DNA from: Tortispora ganteri
Taxonomy: Eukaryota
Reading direction: 5' to 3'
Assembly: GCA_003707115.1 (NCBI GenBank)
Contig: PPNB01000012.1
Span: forward strand, 124,001-188,000
DNA length: 64,000 nt
A program made the position numbers and the translations under genes. This document shows positions 1-10,198 of this stretch, piece after piece. The notes beneath the pieces were generated by a model. It saw nothing but the letters and a program-made list of their open reading frames with translations. It made no database searches and was not told the DNA's origin. Each line of letters opens with the position of its first letter. Position 1 is the first letter of the stretch.

Positions 1-125
1 TTATAAGGATGTAATAATATTTTTGCGCAGCAATATATCGCGCATTGGCTGAGCGATAGTTATGTGCGACGCATTGTCGGAAAATAGCGCCGGATTAAAA
101 AGAGTTCGCGTCAACGACTCGTACT

Positions 126-293
126 TTACTTCTTCAGGTAAGGATTTCTAGGGTCGTTCTTCCACTCGTCGGATTTCATTAAAGCATCCGCAGCTTTGGC
201 AATAAGGTATGTAGAAACTACAGCACCAATTGCAAATGGCCATAATGGTTTAAAAAGTGGCGTAGGATACTTGCGGAACCCGAAAAATGACAT
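126..293 (-). CDS. ATP18: Mitochondrial ATP synthase subunit i/j (55 aa)
   Basis: ATG at 293 gives MSFFGFRKYPTPLFKPLWPF...MKSDEWKNDPRNP, matching the Atp18 signature (RKYPTP..KP.WPF; NDPRNP). The longer tracked ORF uses a non-ATG start. Confidence 0.93.
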   Translation of the reverse strand: MSFFGFRKYPTPLFKPLWPFAIGAVVSTYLIAKAADALMKSDEWKNDPRNPYLKK

Positions 294-755
294 TCTAACT
301 GATCTTATAAGGGTGGTTGGTAAACGGTGTGTGCGAAAATGGTGGCCCGGGTTTCCCTGTAGATTGGCTGTCAAGTAGTGCCTTTTCCCTGGCAACCAGC
401 CCGAGAAGGCCCGGTCTGCCCTCTTTTTGCTTCTTTATTGGGTCCAACTGTAGCCAAAATCATCGTACTTCAAGCCAGTAATTTTTTTAAAAAGAATTGT
501 GTAACACATGCTATCGCTATTGCTACTATATTTTTCCAGTTGTCTCCGCGCCTTGCCGCCACTCTTTCAATAGACGGGCACGTATCTACCGTTTACTCTG
601 TCCCGTGTTAAAACCCTTAACCCTACCAATATATGTCCCTCTCCCCCCACCTTAACCGACACAGGCGAACTACAACGTTTGACAACTTCCATCGCCATCG
701 TCTGGCTCGTCTACTGGGTTAGCGATTGCCAGGTTTGCACCGCTTTAATACTATC

Positions 756-1346
756 ATGGATTCACTTCTACCTGTGCCGCCGCTGCCTCAATCAAACCGG
801 CATACTGACACACAGATAGCCACCGCTACCTCTACAGCTGCTACCCCGGCAGCGATAACGTCATCAAAACCAGATGAACTCGTTTATGGCCAGTCACGGA
901 TCCCCTCTGCGGCGCCACCGTTCACATCTGCACTGCAATATACGCTAGTACGTGACTTTGCGTACCCCGACACTCACCGTTTGCACTACGGCGGGCAGGC
1001 CCTTAAAGAGTTGCAACGATCTTCAGAGAGTAACAACGTCGAAGGTCCCCCATGGCACGAAGACGAGGACCTACGGTCCCCCGTGCGCGTAGAGGACAGC
1101 CCGCGCGAAGACCCAGGTGCAGATTTCAATTACGAGTTTTCAGTTACTAGTCCGGACGAGATCCACGGCAAGGCCATCGCTATGTACGATTTCGTTGCAG
1201 AGCACGAGAATGAAATGCCTTTGAAACAGGGCCAAATTGTCTGGATATCGTATCGTCATGGCCAAGGTTGGCTGGTGGCTCAAGATCCTCAGACTGGCGA
1301 AACTGGCCTGGTCCCTGAAGGATATGTTCAAATTGAGGCGCGATGA
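756..1346 (+). CDS. NBP2: SH3-domain adaptor, Nbp2-like
   Basis: VRDFAYP..H.LHYG motif plus C-terminal SH3 (HGKAIAMYDFVAEHENEM...QGWLVA...GLVPEGYV). First ATG is at 756. Confidence 0.85.
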   Translation: MDSLLPVPPLPQSNRHTDTQIATATSTAATPAAITSSKPDELVYGQSRIPSAAPPFTSALQYTLVRDFAYPDTHRLHYGGQALKELQRSSESNNVEGPPWHEDEDLRSPVRVEDSPREDPGADFNYEFSVTSPDEIHGKAIAMYDFVAEHENEMPLKQGQIVWISYRHGQGWLVAQDPQTGETGLVPEGYVQIEAR

Positions 1347-1419
1347 ATAATACACGCTCGTGTACATTATACCTTACTTATTACTTAATGACACCGTTCT
1401 AATGCACTTCTGTTGATAA

Positions 1420-2748
1420 CTAAAGTAGTAGATCGTCTAGCGCCCCATTCGTCGATTTGCTGGCACTGGTGCTCGTTCCACTGGACGCCTTCGCGGCAGT
1501 AGTAGTAGTCGACGGAGAGTTCCACATTCCTTCAGTGGCCTTATGCTGTGCCATCTGCGCTAACCCTTTAGGGCCTTGTGTGGTGTTGTGCGGCTTCTTC
1601 ACGTCCTTAGACGCGAGATTCCAGATATCTCCAAAGACATCGTTCTTTGCCTTAGAGGAAACCGCCGGTGCTGCAGTTTTAGTGGGCATGGTAGCTGGAG
1701 AGCCACCAGCTGCAGCTCCAGGCACAGCGCTGGGACCAGCAGAAAAGCTTGCTGCGGGTGCAGATGTCGTAGCCGTAGGCACGGTGTTGAATAAGTCTAG
1801 GATAGAAGAAGTTGTATTCGAGGGTTGTGTAGCAGAGACGCCGGTGGTACTGTTTGAAGCACTCTGGAACTCTTCAAACTCATCGTCATCGTCGTCGGCG
1901 GCTGTAGCAGGCGCTGGAGCACCCACTGCCGCCTGCCGGGGCTGAGTGGGTTGATTTTCTGGCTCATCGAAAGAAAATAAGTCCTGCTCCTGTTTTTGAG
2001 GTGACTGCGACTGTGACTGCGTGCGTACCTGGCCTACAGTCGTGCTTGGTGCGTCGTACTCGTCGTATTCTGCATTGGCTGCAGAGCGTCTTGGCGGTTC
2101 GTAGTCGGTAGAAAACTCCGAGCCGCCGAACCCGCCACCGTCGCCGTACACGCCACCAGAATAGGAGCCGAAGCCAGTAGTATTTGTTCTTGAGCTGATT
2201 CGCCTATGTCTAGAATCCTCGATGGCGGCTCCGCCGGCGATGCCGCCGTATTTTGCTTTGTTCGCACGGGCTCGGGCACGTTCGGCGCGAACCTTGTTGA
2301 GATCGCTGAGGAGGTCAACAAGCTCTTTAGCGCGATTGCGCACATTCGCGCCGTTATCTACGCCCTCGTGTACATAGTGAAAGCTTTTGAGCATGGTGAT
2401 CGTAGACATGTGGGACCGTGCGGAGTCGACTACCCGCTCAGAACCATTTTTGACAAGGTACTCGAGTAGCTGCAGTGCCTTGTAGATCTGTCGCCACTCG
2501 GCCACACCCTTCTCAGTAAAGCGGCGATAGATCATAGTCATGATTTCTGTCAACTGCTGATAATTATAGGTACCCTCAGCAATATCCTGCATCAAGGTCG
2601 AGGATGCACCCCATGGCTCATTGTTGGTGGCCTCACGGACCTTAGCCTCCATCTCAGTGTAGTTCATAACGACATTTTGTGCCTTGCGCACGTACGCCTT
2701 AACATCGTACAGGCTAATTTTCGATACCTGCTCTTTTAGCTGGTCCAT
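1420..2748 (-). CDS. ENT3: Epsin-like ENTH clathrin adaptor
   Basis: ENTH domain (YTEMEAKVREATNNEPWGASSTLM; WRQIYKALQLLEYLVKNGSER), DEFEEFQ and DLFSF adaptor motifs, C-terminal DDLLL. Confidence 0.92.
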   Translation of the reverse strand: MDQLKEQVSKISLYDVKAYVRKAQNVVMNYTEMEAKVREATNNEPWGASSTLMQDIAEGTYNYQQLTEIMTMIYRRFTEKGVAEWRQIYKALQLLEYLVKNGSERVVDSARSHMSTITMLKSFHYVHEGVDNGANVRNRAKELVDLLSDLNKVRAERARARANKAKYGGIAGGAAIEDSRHRRISSRTNTTGFGSYSGGVYGDGGGFGGSEFSTDYEPPRRSAANAEYDEYDAPSTTVGQVRTQSQSQSPQKQEQDLFSFDEPENQPTQPRQAAVGAPAPATAADDDDDEFEEFQSASNSTTGVSATQPSNTTSSILDLFNTVPTATTSAPAASFSAGPSAVPGAAAGGSPATMPTKTAAPAVSSKAKNDVFGDIWNLASKDVKKPHNTTQGPKGLAQMAQHKATEGMWNSPSTTTTAAKASSGTSTSASKSTNGALDDLLL

Positions 2749-2867
2749 TCAAGTAGCGGGGAGGGCTAGAAGGCAGTAGCGGGAAAACTTGTTCGCAGCC
2801 TGTGGTGAAGACGCTGAACCGGGAGGAAAGGTGGGCAGCTGGTAGTGTAACAATCTTGGCAGTTACA

Positions 2868-2914
2868 CCGGGTAACTGTCTATTTTTTTTTTCTTTATGT
2901 AAGAAGTTACCCGG
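2868..2914. promoter_or_regulatory. Inverted pair of Reb1-type sites flanking a poly(dT) tract in the ENT3/cyclophilin divergent promoter
   Basis: CCGGGTAA at 2868-2875 and TTACCCGG at 2907-2914, with a T-run between them. Confidence 0.6.
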
Positions 2915-2961
2915 GCTACGAAAGCCACCCAAACATTTCTCCGAGGAACCTGTTGTTCTAA

Positions 2962-3360
2962 ATGCTTCGACTGCGTCTTGGACTAAATCTCTGTAAACCT
3001 CGATACTTTTCCGCTACAAGCAAAAACATGGGCAATCTCGTTTATTTTGACACTGCTGAAAACGGTAAGTTTTACTCGACCAATTGTTTGCCTGTCTACT
3101 CCGCGTCGCATATGAGGATTGCGATGACAAATGCAGGCGCTGCTGTTTTCCCGTACGCTCAACGCAAATACTAACGACAAATAGGCAACCCGCTCGGCCG
3201 CATCACTTTCAAGCTCTATACTGAGGATGTACCCAAAACCGCCGAGAACTTCCGCGCTCTTGCCACCGGTGAGAAGGGATTTGGCTACGCCAAATCCTCT
3301 TTCCACCGTGTAATCCCCCAGTTCATGTTGCAGGGTGGTGACTTTACCAACCACAATGGT

Positions 3361-3393
<33 letters not shown>

Positions 3394-3639
3394 CCTGATG
3401 AGAACTTCAAATACAAACATACTAAGCCTGGTCTTCTTTCTATGGCCAATGCCGGCCCCAATACCAACGGCTCCCAGTTCTTCATTACCACTGTCCCTTG
3501 CCCCTGGCTCGATGGCAAACATGTGGTTTTCGGTGAAGTTGTCGACGGAATGGATGTCGTCAAGAAGATCGAATCTTACGGCTCTCAATCTGGTGCTACC
3601 CGCTCCAACATTACCATCACTGCCTCTGGTGAATTGTAA
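2962..3639 (+). CDS. CPR1: Cyclophilin peptidyl-prolyl isomerase. Exons 2962-3064 and 3185-3639, with a second in-frame ATG at 3028.
   Basis: Splicing out 3065-3184 gives ...[43 protein letters not shown]...[16 protein letters not shown]...[12 protein letters not shown]. The 22 aa upstream of Met2 are Arg/Leu-rich with no acidic residues. Confidence 0.95.
3065..3184 (+). other. Spliceosomal intron (120 nt) in the cyclophilin gene
   Basis: Donor GTAAGT at 3065, branch TACTAAC at 3169-3175, acceptor TAG at 3182-3184. Removal restores the conserved frame. Confidence 0.95.
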
Positions 3640-3966
3640 TGAAAAAGAAAATCCAATTGTAGGAAGACGTTGAGTCCTTGCGTTCAGCACCGTCATCTTA
3701 TTTGCACATTTGCCACTGCGTCTGACGCCCTGGATATTGTCGATATGGGATGATTGTCTTTGCGCATTGCATTCTTCTGTTATTTCCTGTTTTATCTTCT
3801 TTTTTTTAGTCGTTTTCTTATATAATCATACATTCTTCAATCCGCCCTTGTGCCTAACTGGACAGGGGGTCATATTTGTATTGTTCCCAATCGGGAAGAT
3901 GACACCCTTTCACCCCCCAAGTCAATCACTGTAAACACATAAACACACCTCTTTATCCGTGCGTCC

Positions 3967-4962
3967 ATGGACATATCGCGGTTTCAGCTAGACACCTCCC
4001 TGATTCCTCCTTCAAGACGAAAACTTGTCCATAGCGTGAAACCCCTGCCTTCCGAACGTGTACTCGCCTCCCTACATCCGTCCAGAACCCTTCCGAAGAC
4101 AATCACATCAAAAAACTCGTCACACACTGCCTTCCCGGCTTCCATTCCACCCTCGCATCTCATAATGTCTCCCTCAGAGACTAGAATACTACTTCGTCGA
4201 TCAGCGCGCCTATCTCCAAAAACGCCCGTCAAACCCTGGGCCGGACCGCGCACAAGCGACTCGCTATGGTCCTCTGTCTCACGCGACTCCAACGGCAACA
4301 CCACCCCACACTCTATAATAACTGTTGATGACTCACCACTAACATGTTCTTCAAAGACATCTCCTGACTTTGTGGTTATATCGCCTGATTCAGCTACACC
4401 GCTACCGCGTCGCCGACGTCTCTCTACCCACACCGTCCAGAGCTCGCCCCTGGTCGCTGATCCCACCTCTCCACCTGCTGCACTCTCACCCACGCGTGCT
4501 AGACCATCAAAGCCGCTGTTACACTCTCCTACGCACTCCCCCCTACGCGATATTGGCAACGATAACAATAAATATCGTGCGATGACTACACAGGAGCTTA
4601 AGTCACTGATCGCATCCTGGGGCCTCAAACCCATTGCCGGTACTAAGGCCTCTCTAATTGAATTCATACAGCAGCAAGAAGCCAGATCGTCCAACTTGAA
4701 ACCTGCACCTACACTCGAAGAGGTACAAAATGAACGCCAACTGATCTATATGCGAATCTCAAACGCCGTTAAACAGTCACCCTTCTGGAGACCTATTCTA
4801 TTGTTCACACCTATCAACCCCGAGCATTTACTTGAATACCTTCAAAACGAGGCCAACATGAAATCGCTTACTATTACTATACTATTCGATTGGTGTCTAG
4901 CTCACAGTGTCACCATTACCAAAAATGCTACTATTCTCAATCTTTACGCCGATCGCGGCTAA
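3967..4962 (+). CDS. SLX4: Structure-specific endonuclease scaffold Slx4 (compact)
   Basis: Ser/Pro-rich N-terminus, SAP-like motif (YRAMTTQELKSLIASWGLKP...KASLIEFI), and Slx4 C-terminal domain (FWRPILLFTPI...LFDWCLAHSV). Confidence 0.75.
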   Translation: MDISRFQLDTSLIPPSRRKLVHSVKPLPSERVLASLHPSRTLPKTITSKNSSHTAFPASIPPSHLIMSPSETRILLRRSARLSPKTPVKPWAGPRTSDSLWSSVSRDSNGNTTPHSIITVDDSPLTCSSKTSPDFVVISPDSATPLPRRRRLSTHTVQSSPLVADPTSPPAALSPTRARPSKPLLHSPTHSPLRDIGNDNNKYRAMTTQELKSLIASWGLKPIAGTKASLIEFIQQQEARSSNLKPAPTLEEVQNERQLIYMRISNAVKQSPFWRPILLFTPINPEHLLEYLQNEANMKSLTITILFDWCLAHSVTITKNATILNLYADRG

Positions 4963-5103
4963 ATTCATTCTTTTTACCCGTGAGCTTAATTCTAGCTCCA
5001 AAGCCGACCGATGCTACTCCAACTTTGATTCGTCTTACCAATCCAAAAATTGCAGCAATTATTCTCTGAAATAATCTCTGTTTGCACCTCAATTTAATTT
5101 AGC

Positions 5104-6144
5104 ATGACAGTTCTACGCATTGCTGTACTAGGTGCGGGTATTTTCGTTAAGACTCAGCACCTGCCCTCGCTGGTGCACAACAAGAAAGCTGACGTTGTGG
5201 CTATTTATTCTCGATCGAAAGATAGTGCACAGACCCTCGCTGATGAATTCAACATACCTGAAGTCTATTATGACAAAAACAACTCTGACGGTAATACCTT
5301 GGAATCTTTGCTAGCCCGTTCAGATATTAACGCATGTGTAATCGCCCTCCCTATCCTAATCCAACCTGATGTCATCAAGAAAGTACTCTCTTCAGGCAAG
5401 CATGTCCTCGCTGAAAAGCCAGTCGCAAAGGACAAGGCCCATGCTGTAGAATTGGTTAAATTTTACCGATCTTTGCCTGCGAACCTGATTTTTAGCACCG
5501 CTGAGCAGTACAGGTTCCATCCGACCTTCCTGGAAGTTGCTGACTTCATCAAGCAGGGCGGCATTGGTGAGGTTCATTCCTTTGGGTACAACGAATCCTC
5601 GTATATCAGAGATGACAATCCTTACTATAATACGGAATGGCGCAAAACTCCTGAGTATCAAGGTGGGTTTATTCTGGATGCTGGTGTTCATTCAGTTGCT
5701 GCTATACGCCTCGTGCTTGGCGAGGACATTGAATCGGTTGTTGCGACCACAAGCTTGTACAAGCGCAACCTCCAACCCACCGATTACATGGCATCTCTTG
5801 TCACTATGAAGTCTGGTATTAAAGGTGTATTTTCTATGGATTTTTCTGTGAGTGTTTCTACATTCCGGTTTGTTGTTAATGGATCGAAGGGATCTATTGA
5901 AATCTCGCGGTTCCCGAATCTGGGGTACAAGATCGTTACGATTGATGGCGAGGTCATTGAAAAAGAAGCGATGAGCTTTGAGACCCCTGCACAAATTGCA
6001 GTATACCAGGAGATAGACACGTTCTTGGAGGATATTGTCAACAATAAGCATACAGAGCGAGCTAAGCCTGAGCAGTCAGTGATTGATCAGACCGTTATAG
6101 AGACATGTCTAGTGTCTAATGGATCAGTTGTTACAGTTGACTAA
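5104..6144 (+). CDS. Gfo/Idh/MocA-family NAD(P)-dependent oxidoreductase
   Basis: RIAVLGAGIF Rossmann start, GKHVLAEKP, WRKTPEYQGGFILDAGVH. Confidence 0.9.
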   Translation: MTVLRIAVLGAGIFVKTQHLPSLVHNKKADVVAIYSRSKDSAQTLADEFNIPEVYYDKNNSDGNTLESLLARSDINACVIALPILIQPDVIKKVLSSGKHVLAEKPVAKDKAHAVELVKFYRSLPANLIFSTAEQYRFHPTFLEVADFIKQGGIGEVHSFGYNESSYIRDDNPYYNTEWRKTPEYQGGFILDAGVHSVAAIRLVLGEDIESVVATTSLYKRNLQPTDYMASLVTMKSGIKGVFSMDFSVSVSTFRFVVNGSKGSIEISRFPNLGYKIVTIDGEVIEKEAMSFETPAQIAVYQEIDTFLEDIVNNKHTERAKPEQSVIDQTVIETCLVSNGSVVTVD

Positions 6145-6477
6145 TTTATTGAACTATTATATTGTTCGAGTCGTATCTGATTTAGCTAGATTGAATCTGA
6201 GCTGCTAAACCTTTCAAACCCTTGTTTACTGTTCGACTATAGAACCCAGTGGCCGTGGGATGATGGTCTAGCACGATCACAGTTCACAGTCGGTCAGCAC
6301 ACTGCTACGTATATACATTCGGCGGTGTCTACAGTAATCGAATAGATGGAAACCTTTAGTTTTCCTTTTTTTTGTTTTAGTAAAAGCATTGGATTGTGAT
6401 ATAACTGCGTACGAGAAGCGTTTTCAACGCAGATACGAGAGTTTCACGTTGAACATACATCATAACATAGTCTGAAT

Positions 6478-6738
6478 CTATCGAGTAGCAGACCAAACGT
6501 TCTTAAGAAGTCCATCTTGTTGGGCAAGGCGGTTAAGAGAGTCATCAGCTTCACCGCGAGAGCGAACAAATCCGGAGAGGAGGTATGAAGTAACGGTGTT
6601 GGTCATGACTCCGTTCTCATCGACATCGGCGATATTGATCTGAGCAGAGGCGTGGTCATCGGCGCGGATGATTCTGTTGGTGGCAGAGCACTTTCTAGGA
6701 ACGTAGAGTTCGACGAGTTTTCCCTTATCGTTTTCCAT
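6478..6738 (-). CDS. RPS21: 40S ribosomal protein eS21
   Basis: [31 protein letters not shown]...[26 protein letters not shown] is at 6738. Confidence 0.97.
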   Translation of the reverse strand: MENDKGKLVELYVPRKCSATNRIIRADDHASAQINIADVDENGVMTNTVTSYLLSGFVRSRGEADDSLNRLAQQDGLLKNVWSATR

Positions 6739-7736
6739 TATTAGTATGTGCAATTAAGAAATGCGTTGCAGTCTGGTTAGGCTTGGGTCTTAGAGCGTTT
6801 AGGTGTGGGAATGCGTCCGTAGGGTTATTAATATGTGACTTGGGTATGTTAGTTTTAGCATAGTAACTTACTGTACCCTATTTACGGCTAATAGAGTTTT
6901 CTTATCTGAACTGCATTTGAAAGCTGAATGTTTAGTATTCATGCAAATAGAGGCAAGTAGACCTTATAAACTTTTATATTTATAGATGGTTAATTACATA
7001 TAATTATATTCTGTATATTGGTGGTATGAAAATGTATATAAATGCGGAGATATGAGTGGTTTTATGTAGTGCAATTAGATCGACATTGGAAATGAGACTT
7101 ATACAACCAGAAACGAGCGCTTTTTCAGCTGGATTTATTTTAATCATTACCAAATTTTTATAAGTTATTGATTTTATGTGTTTATATTTAATTATTTACT
7201 TTTTCAATTACTACTTAATTCTCAATTACGAAAAAAGAACGTCTTATTCATTGATTTTATTCTCTGAATATGAAAATAGTTAAAGTTAATCCCAAATTCC
7301 ACTAAAGGATGAATATAGCTCTCTTAGCACTAACAAGAGAATATATGAGGAATCTTATTAGATAAAATATAAAAGTAAGATCATATGATAACATAGTCTC
7401 TTAATAAAGTAATTGTAAAAACGTACATACATAAGAATTCCATGCTATGCATATATGAATCTAACATGTGTAATAACATGTCGAACAGATATAAATGTCA
7501 TTATAGTGAAGGTGATTGTCAGACAATCGATTTGCATGTGAATGATCGAAAACTAGATACGTAATGCAAGTCTCGAAATCGGCTTCCATTTTTTAAAAAT
7601 CTTACAACAAAATAGTATAATTTGTTAATAGACTTACTAATCACGCTCAAGATCTTGATTTTTATGTGTCCCATTATTCCCCATCGATCCACCCAAGAAC
7701 TTACCAATAGTCATACCCTGCTAGTGCACCACAAAG

Positions 7737-10046
7737 ATGAGTCAGGACCTCGAGAATCAACCACTTTTGGCGGTACGTTCTGGAAGATCAATTGGATCAC
7801 AGTCTCGCACACCGCAAAAGATAATCACTATCCAGCGACAAAGATACAATGGACGAACTTGGTGCCGTATGGCGGCGTTCTCCGCAATTGGCTTAGCAGT
7901 AGTTGCCATATTCAACGCTATATTCTGGCCCAGATCTTCTTTAAGCCGTGATATCTCTTGGGTTAGAGGCAACAAATTACCATATGCAGAAATTGAACGT
8001 CTGATCCTCGAATCACCCGAACCTGATCGTATACGTGAACATAGCAAGTACTACACCAGTGACCCGCACCTCGCCGGCCGCGACTTTCAGCAGGTCGAAT
8101 ACACCAAAACCAAACTTGAAGAGTACGGATTCAATGTGAAAATTGAATCTTACCCCGTATACATTAACTATCCACTTGAACACCGTCTCGCCCTTCTCGA
8201 AGAAGGATCCGACAATTCTGTCGCCTTCGAAGCCACCCTTGAAGAAGACATACTCGAAGAGGACCCTACTACGGGCATCAAAAATAGAGTGCCTACTTTT
8301 CACGGATATTCTGCTTCAGGAAACGTCACTGCTCAAATAGTGTACGCAAACTACGGTACACACGAGGATTACCTCAATCTGGTCGCTAAAGGCATCTCTG
8401 TCGAGGGTAAGATCGTCCTTGTGAGGTACGGCAAAATCTTCAGAGGCCTCAAAGTTAAAGGTGCACAAGATCTCGGTGCAATAGGCGTGATAATGTACTC
8501 GGACCTCGCTGATGACGGCGAAGTGACTGAAGAAAATGGTTACGCTGCCTATCCCGACGGACCAGCACGCAACCCATCCGCCGTCCAGCGTGGCTCTGTT
8601 CAATACATGTCTCTCTGTCCTGGTGATCCTACTACACCTGGCTACGCTTCTAAGCCCGACTCGCCGCGTACCGATCCGTATGAATGTGTTCCACGAATCC
8701 CGTCTTTGCCTGTCTCCTGGAACGAAGCGCAACCCTTCCTGAAAGCACTCGAAGGCAACGGTCTGAGCGCTCCATACATGGGCGATGACTGGAGTGGCGC
8801 ATCAAAGCACGACTATTATACTGGTCCTTCTGTTGCAAAGGTTAATCTTTACAACCTCCAGAACACTACCATTTCTCCAATCTGGAACGTCATTGCTGAA
8901 CTTCCTGGCCACACCAAGTCTTCAGAGATCATAATTGGCAACCATCATGATGCATGGATAGCAGGTGGTGCTGGCGATCCGAATTCCGGTTCGGCAGCTT
9001 TGCTTGAGCTTGCTAGGACATTTTATGTTCTCAAACAACAAGGTTGGAAACCACTCAGGTCAATTGTGCTGGCTTCCTGGGATGGCGAAGAATATGGACT
9101 CCTTGGTAGCACTGAATGGGCGGAAGATTATGCTGACATACTGAAGAAACGCGTGATTGCTTACTTGAACGTAGATGTCGCAGTGGCTGGCCACTCTCTT
9201 ACGGCATCTGGATCTCCGCTACTGGAGCGATTGTTTAGGTCTACACTAGGCAAACTCCATACCCCTGAAGGTGACTCGCTCATCGAAAACTGGAAAAACT
9301 CAGCACAGAAGGCTATTTTGTATCCTCCTGGCTCGGGATCCGACTTCACAGTATTCCAGTGCCATCTCGGAGTGCCTACGCTTGATTTTGGGTTCAGTCC
9401 TAACAAGACGGACGCGGTTTACCATTACCACTCCAATTACGACTCGTTTCACTGGATGGATACCTATGTTTCTGACTCCTGGGAATATCACAGCCTAGTT
9501 GTGAAGATTCTTGGACTGATGACAATCCAGCTTGCGGATGACCCTGTTATGGACTTGCGTGTAAGCGAGTATTCTAGGTCTATAAGACACTATATTGAGA
9601 ATATCAAGGACATGGTCCCGAAGGAATGGTTGAACGGGAAGACTAACTCAATTGCAGCTAATTTTCACAAGATTGAGAAAACTATAGGGAAATTTGAGGG
9701 TAAAGCTAACAAGTTTGATGGACTCATGGAAAGTTATACTCATCGCCTCAACGAAGACTATCCGTGGTACCGATCGTGGCACAAGATTATACTATATTTG
9801 CGCATAGCACAAGCCAACAAGAAAGTAAAGTACATTGAAAGATCATTCACTCGTGAGGAAGGACTAGATAACGGAAGAGGATGGTTCAAGCATATTATTT
9901 TTGCGCCTGGATACTGGACCGGGTACTCTGGTATCCCGTTCCCTGGCTTAGTGGAGGCAATTGAAGCCAATGATATCGAGACTACGGAGAAATGGCAAGG
10001 AATTGTGTTGGAAAATCTGGAAAAAATCATCGATAGTCTGGATTAA
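7737..10046 (+). CDS. Type II membrane M28B peptidase (glutamate carboxypeptidase II / transferrin-receptor-like; PA and TfR-dimer domains), Vps70/Tre-like
   Basis: N-terminal TM segment, GNHHDAW, GAGDPNSGSA, SWDGEEYGLLGSTEW, YLNVD, GSGSDF, YHYHSNYD, WFKHIIFAPG. Zn ligands appear intact. Confidence 0.9.
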   Translation: MSQDLENQPLLAVRSGRSIGSQSRTPQKIITIQRQRYNGRTWCRMAAFSAIGLAVVAIFNAIFWPRSSLSRDISWVRGNKLPYAEIERLILESPEPDRIREHSKYYTSDPHLAGRDFQQVEYTKTKLEEYGFNVKIESYPVYINYPLEHRLALLEEGSDNSVAFEATLEEDILEEDPTTGIKNRVPTFHGYSASGNVTAQIVYANYGTHEDYLNLVAKGISVEGKIVLVRYGKIFRGLKVKGAQDLGAIGVIMYSDLADDGEVTEENGYAAYPDGPARNPSAVQRGSVQYMSLCPGDPTTPGYASKPDSPRTDPYECVPRIPSLPVSWNEAQPFLKALEGNGLSAPYMGDDWSGASKHDYYTGPSVAKVNLYNLQNTTISPIWNVIAELPGHTKSSEIIIGNHHDAWIAGGAGDPNSGSAALLELARTFYVLKQQGWKPLRSIVLASWDGEEYGLLGSTEWAEDYADILKKRVIAYLNVDVAVAGHSLTASGSPLLERLFRSTLGKLHTPEGDSLIENWKNSAQKAILYPPGSGSDFTVFQCHLGVPTLDFGFSPNKTDAVYHYHSNYDSFHWMDTYVSDSWEYHSLVVKILGLMTIQLADDPVMDLRVSEYSRSIRHYIENIKDMVPKEWLNGKTNSIAANFHKIEKTIGKFEGKANKFDGLMESYTHRLNEDYPWYRSWHKIILYLRIAQANKKVKYIERSFTREEGLDNGRGWFKHIIFAPGYWTGYSGIPFPGLVEAIEANDIETTEKWQGIVLENLEKIIDSLD

Positions 10047-10198
10047 CATGTTTGAAGTGAATACTATCTAAAATGGCAATAATCTGTAGCAATTAGATCC
10101 TAAGTACTTCATTGTTCGATATTGCCCCGGATCAGTGTTTAGCTGTCCTATAGAGTATCGAAATGACACCGCTATACATGGGCCAAATCTACAATTAA

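Noticed and set aside
2983..3696. 237-aa ORF antisense to the cyclophilin gene
   Set aside because: Same codon-bias shadow, continuing through an intron whose length is a multiple of 3.
3984..4694. 236-aa ORF antisense to SLX4, and the many other 60-175 aa nested ORFs
   Set aside because: They overlap well-supported genes, often start at non-ATG codons, and show no recognisable domains.
6164..6240. Isolated B-box-like GTTCGAGTC and GTTCGACT (tRNA relic or ETC site)
   Set aside because: There is no cloverleaf or properly spaced A box, and the match to the extended consensus is incomplete.
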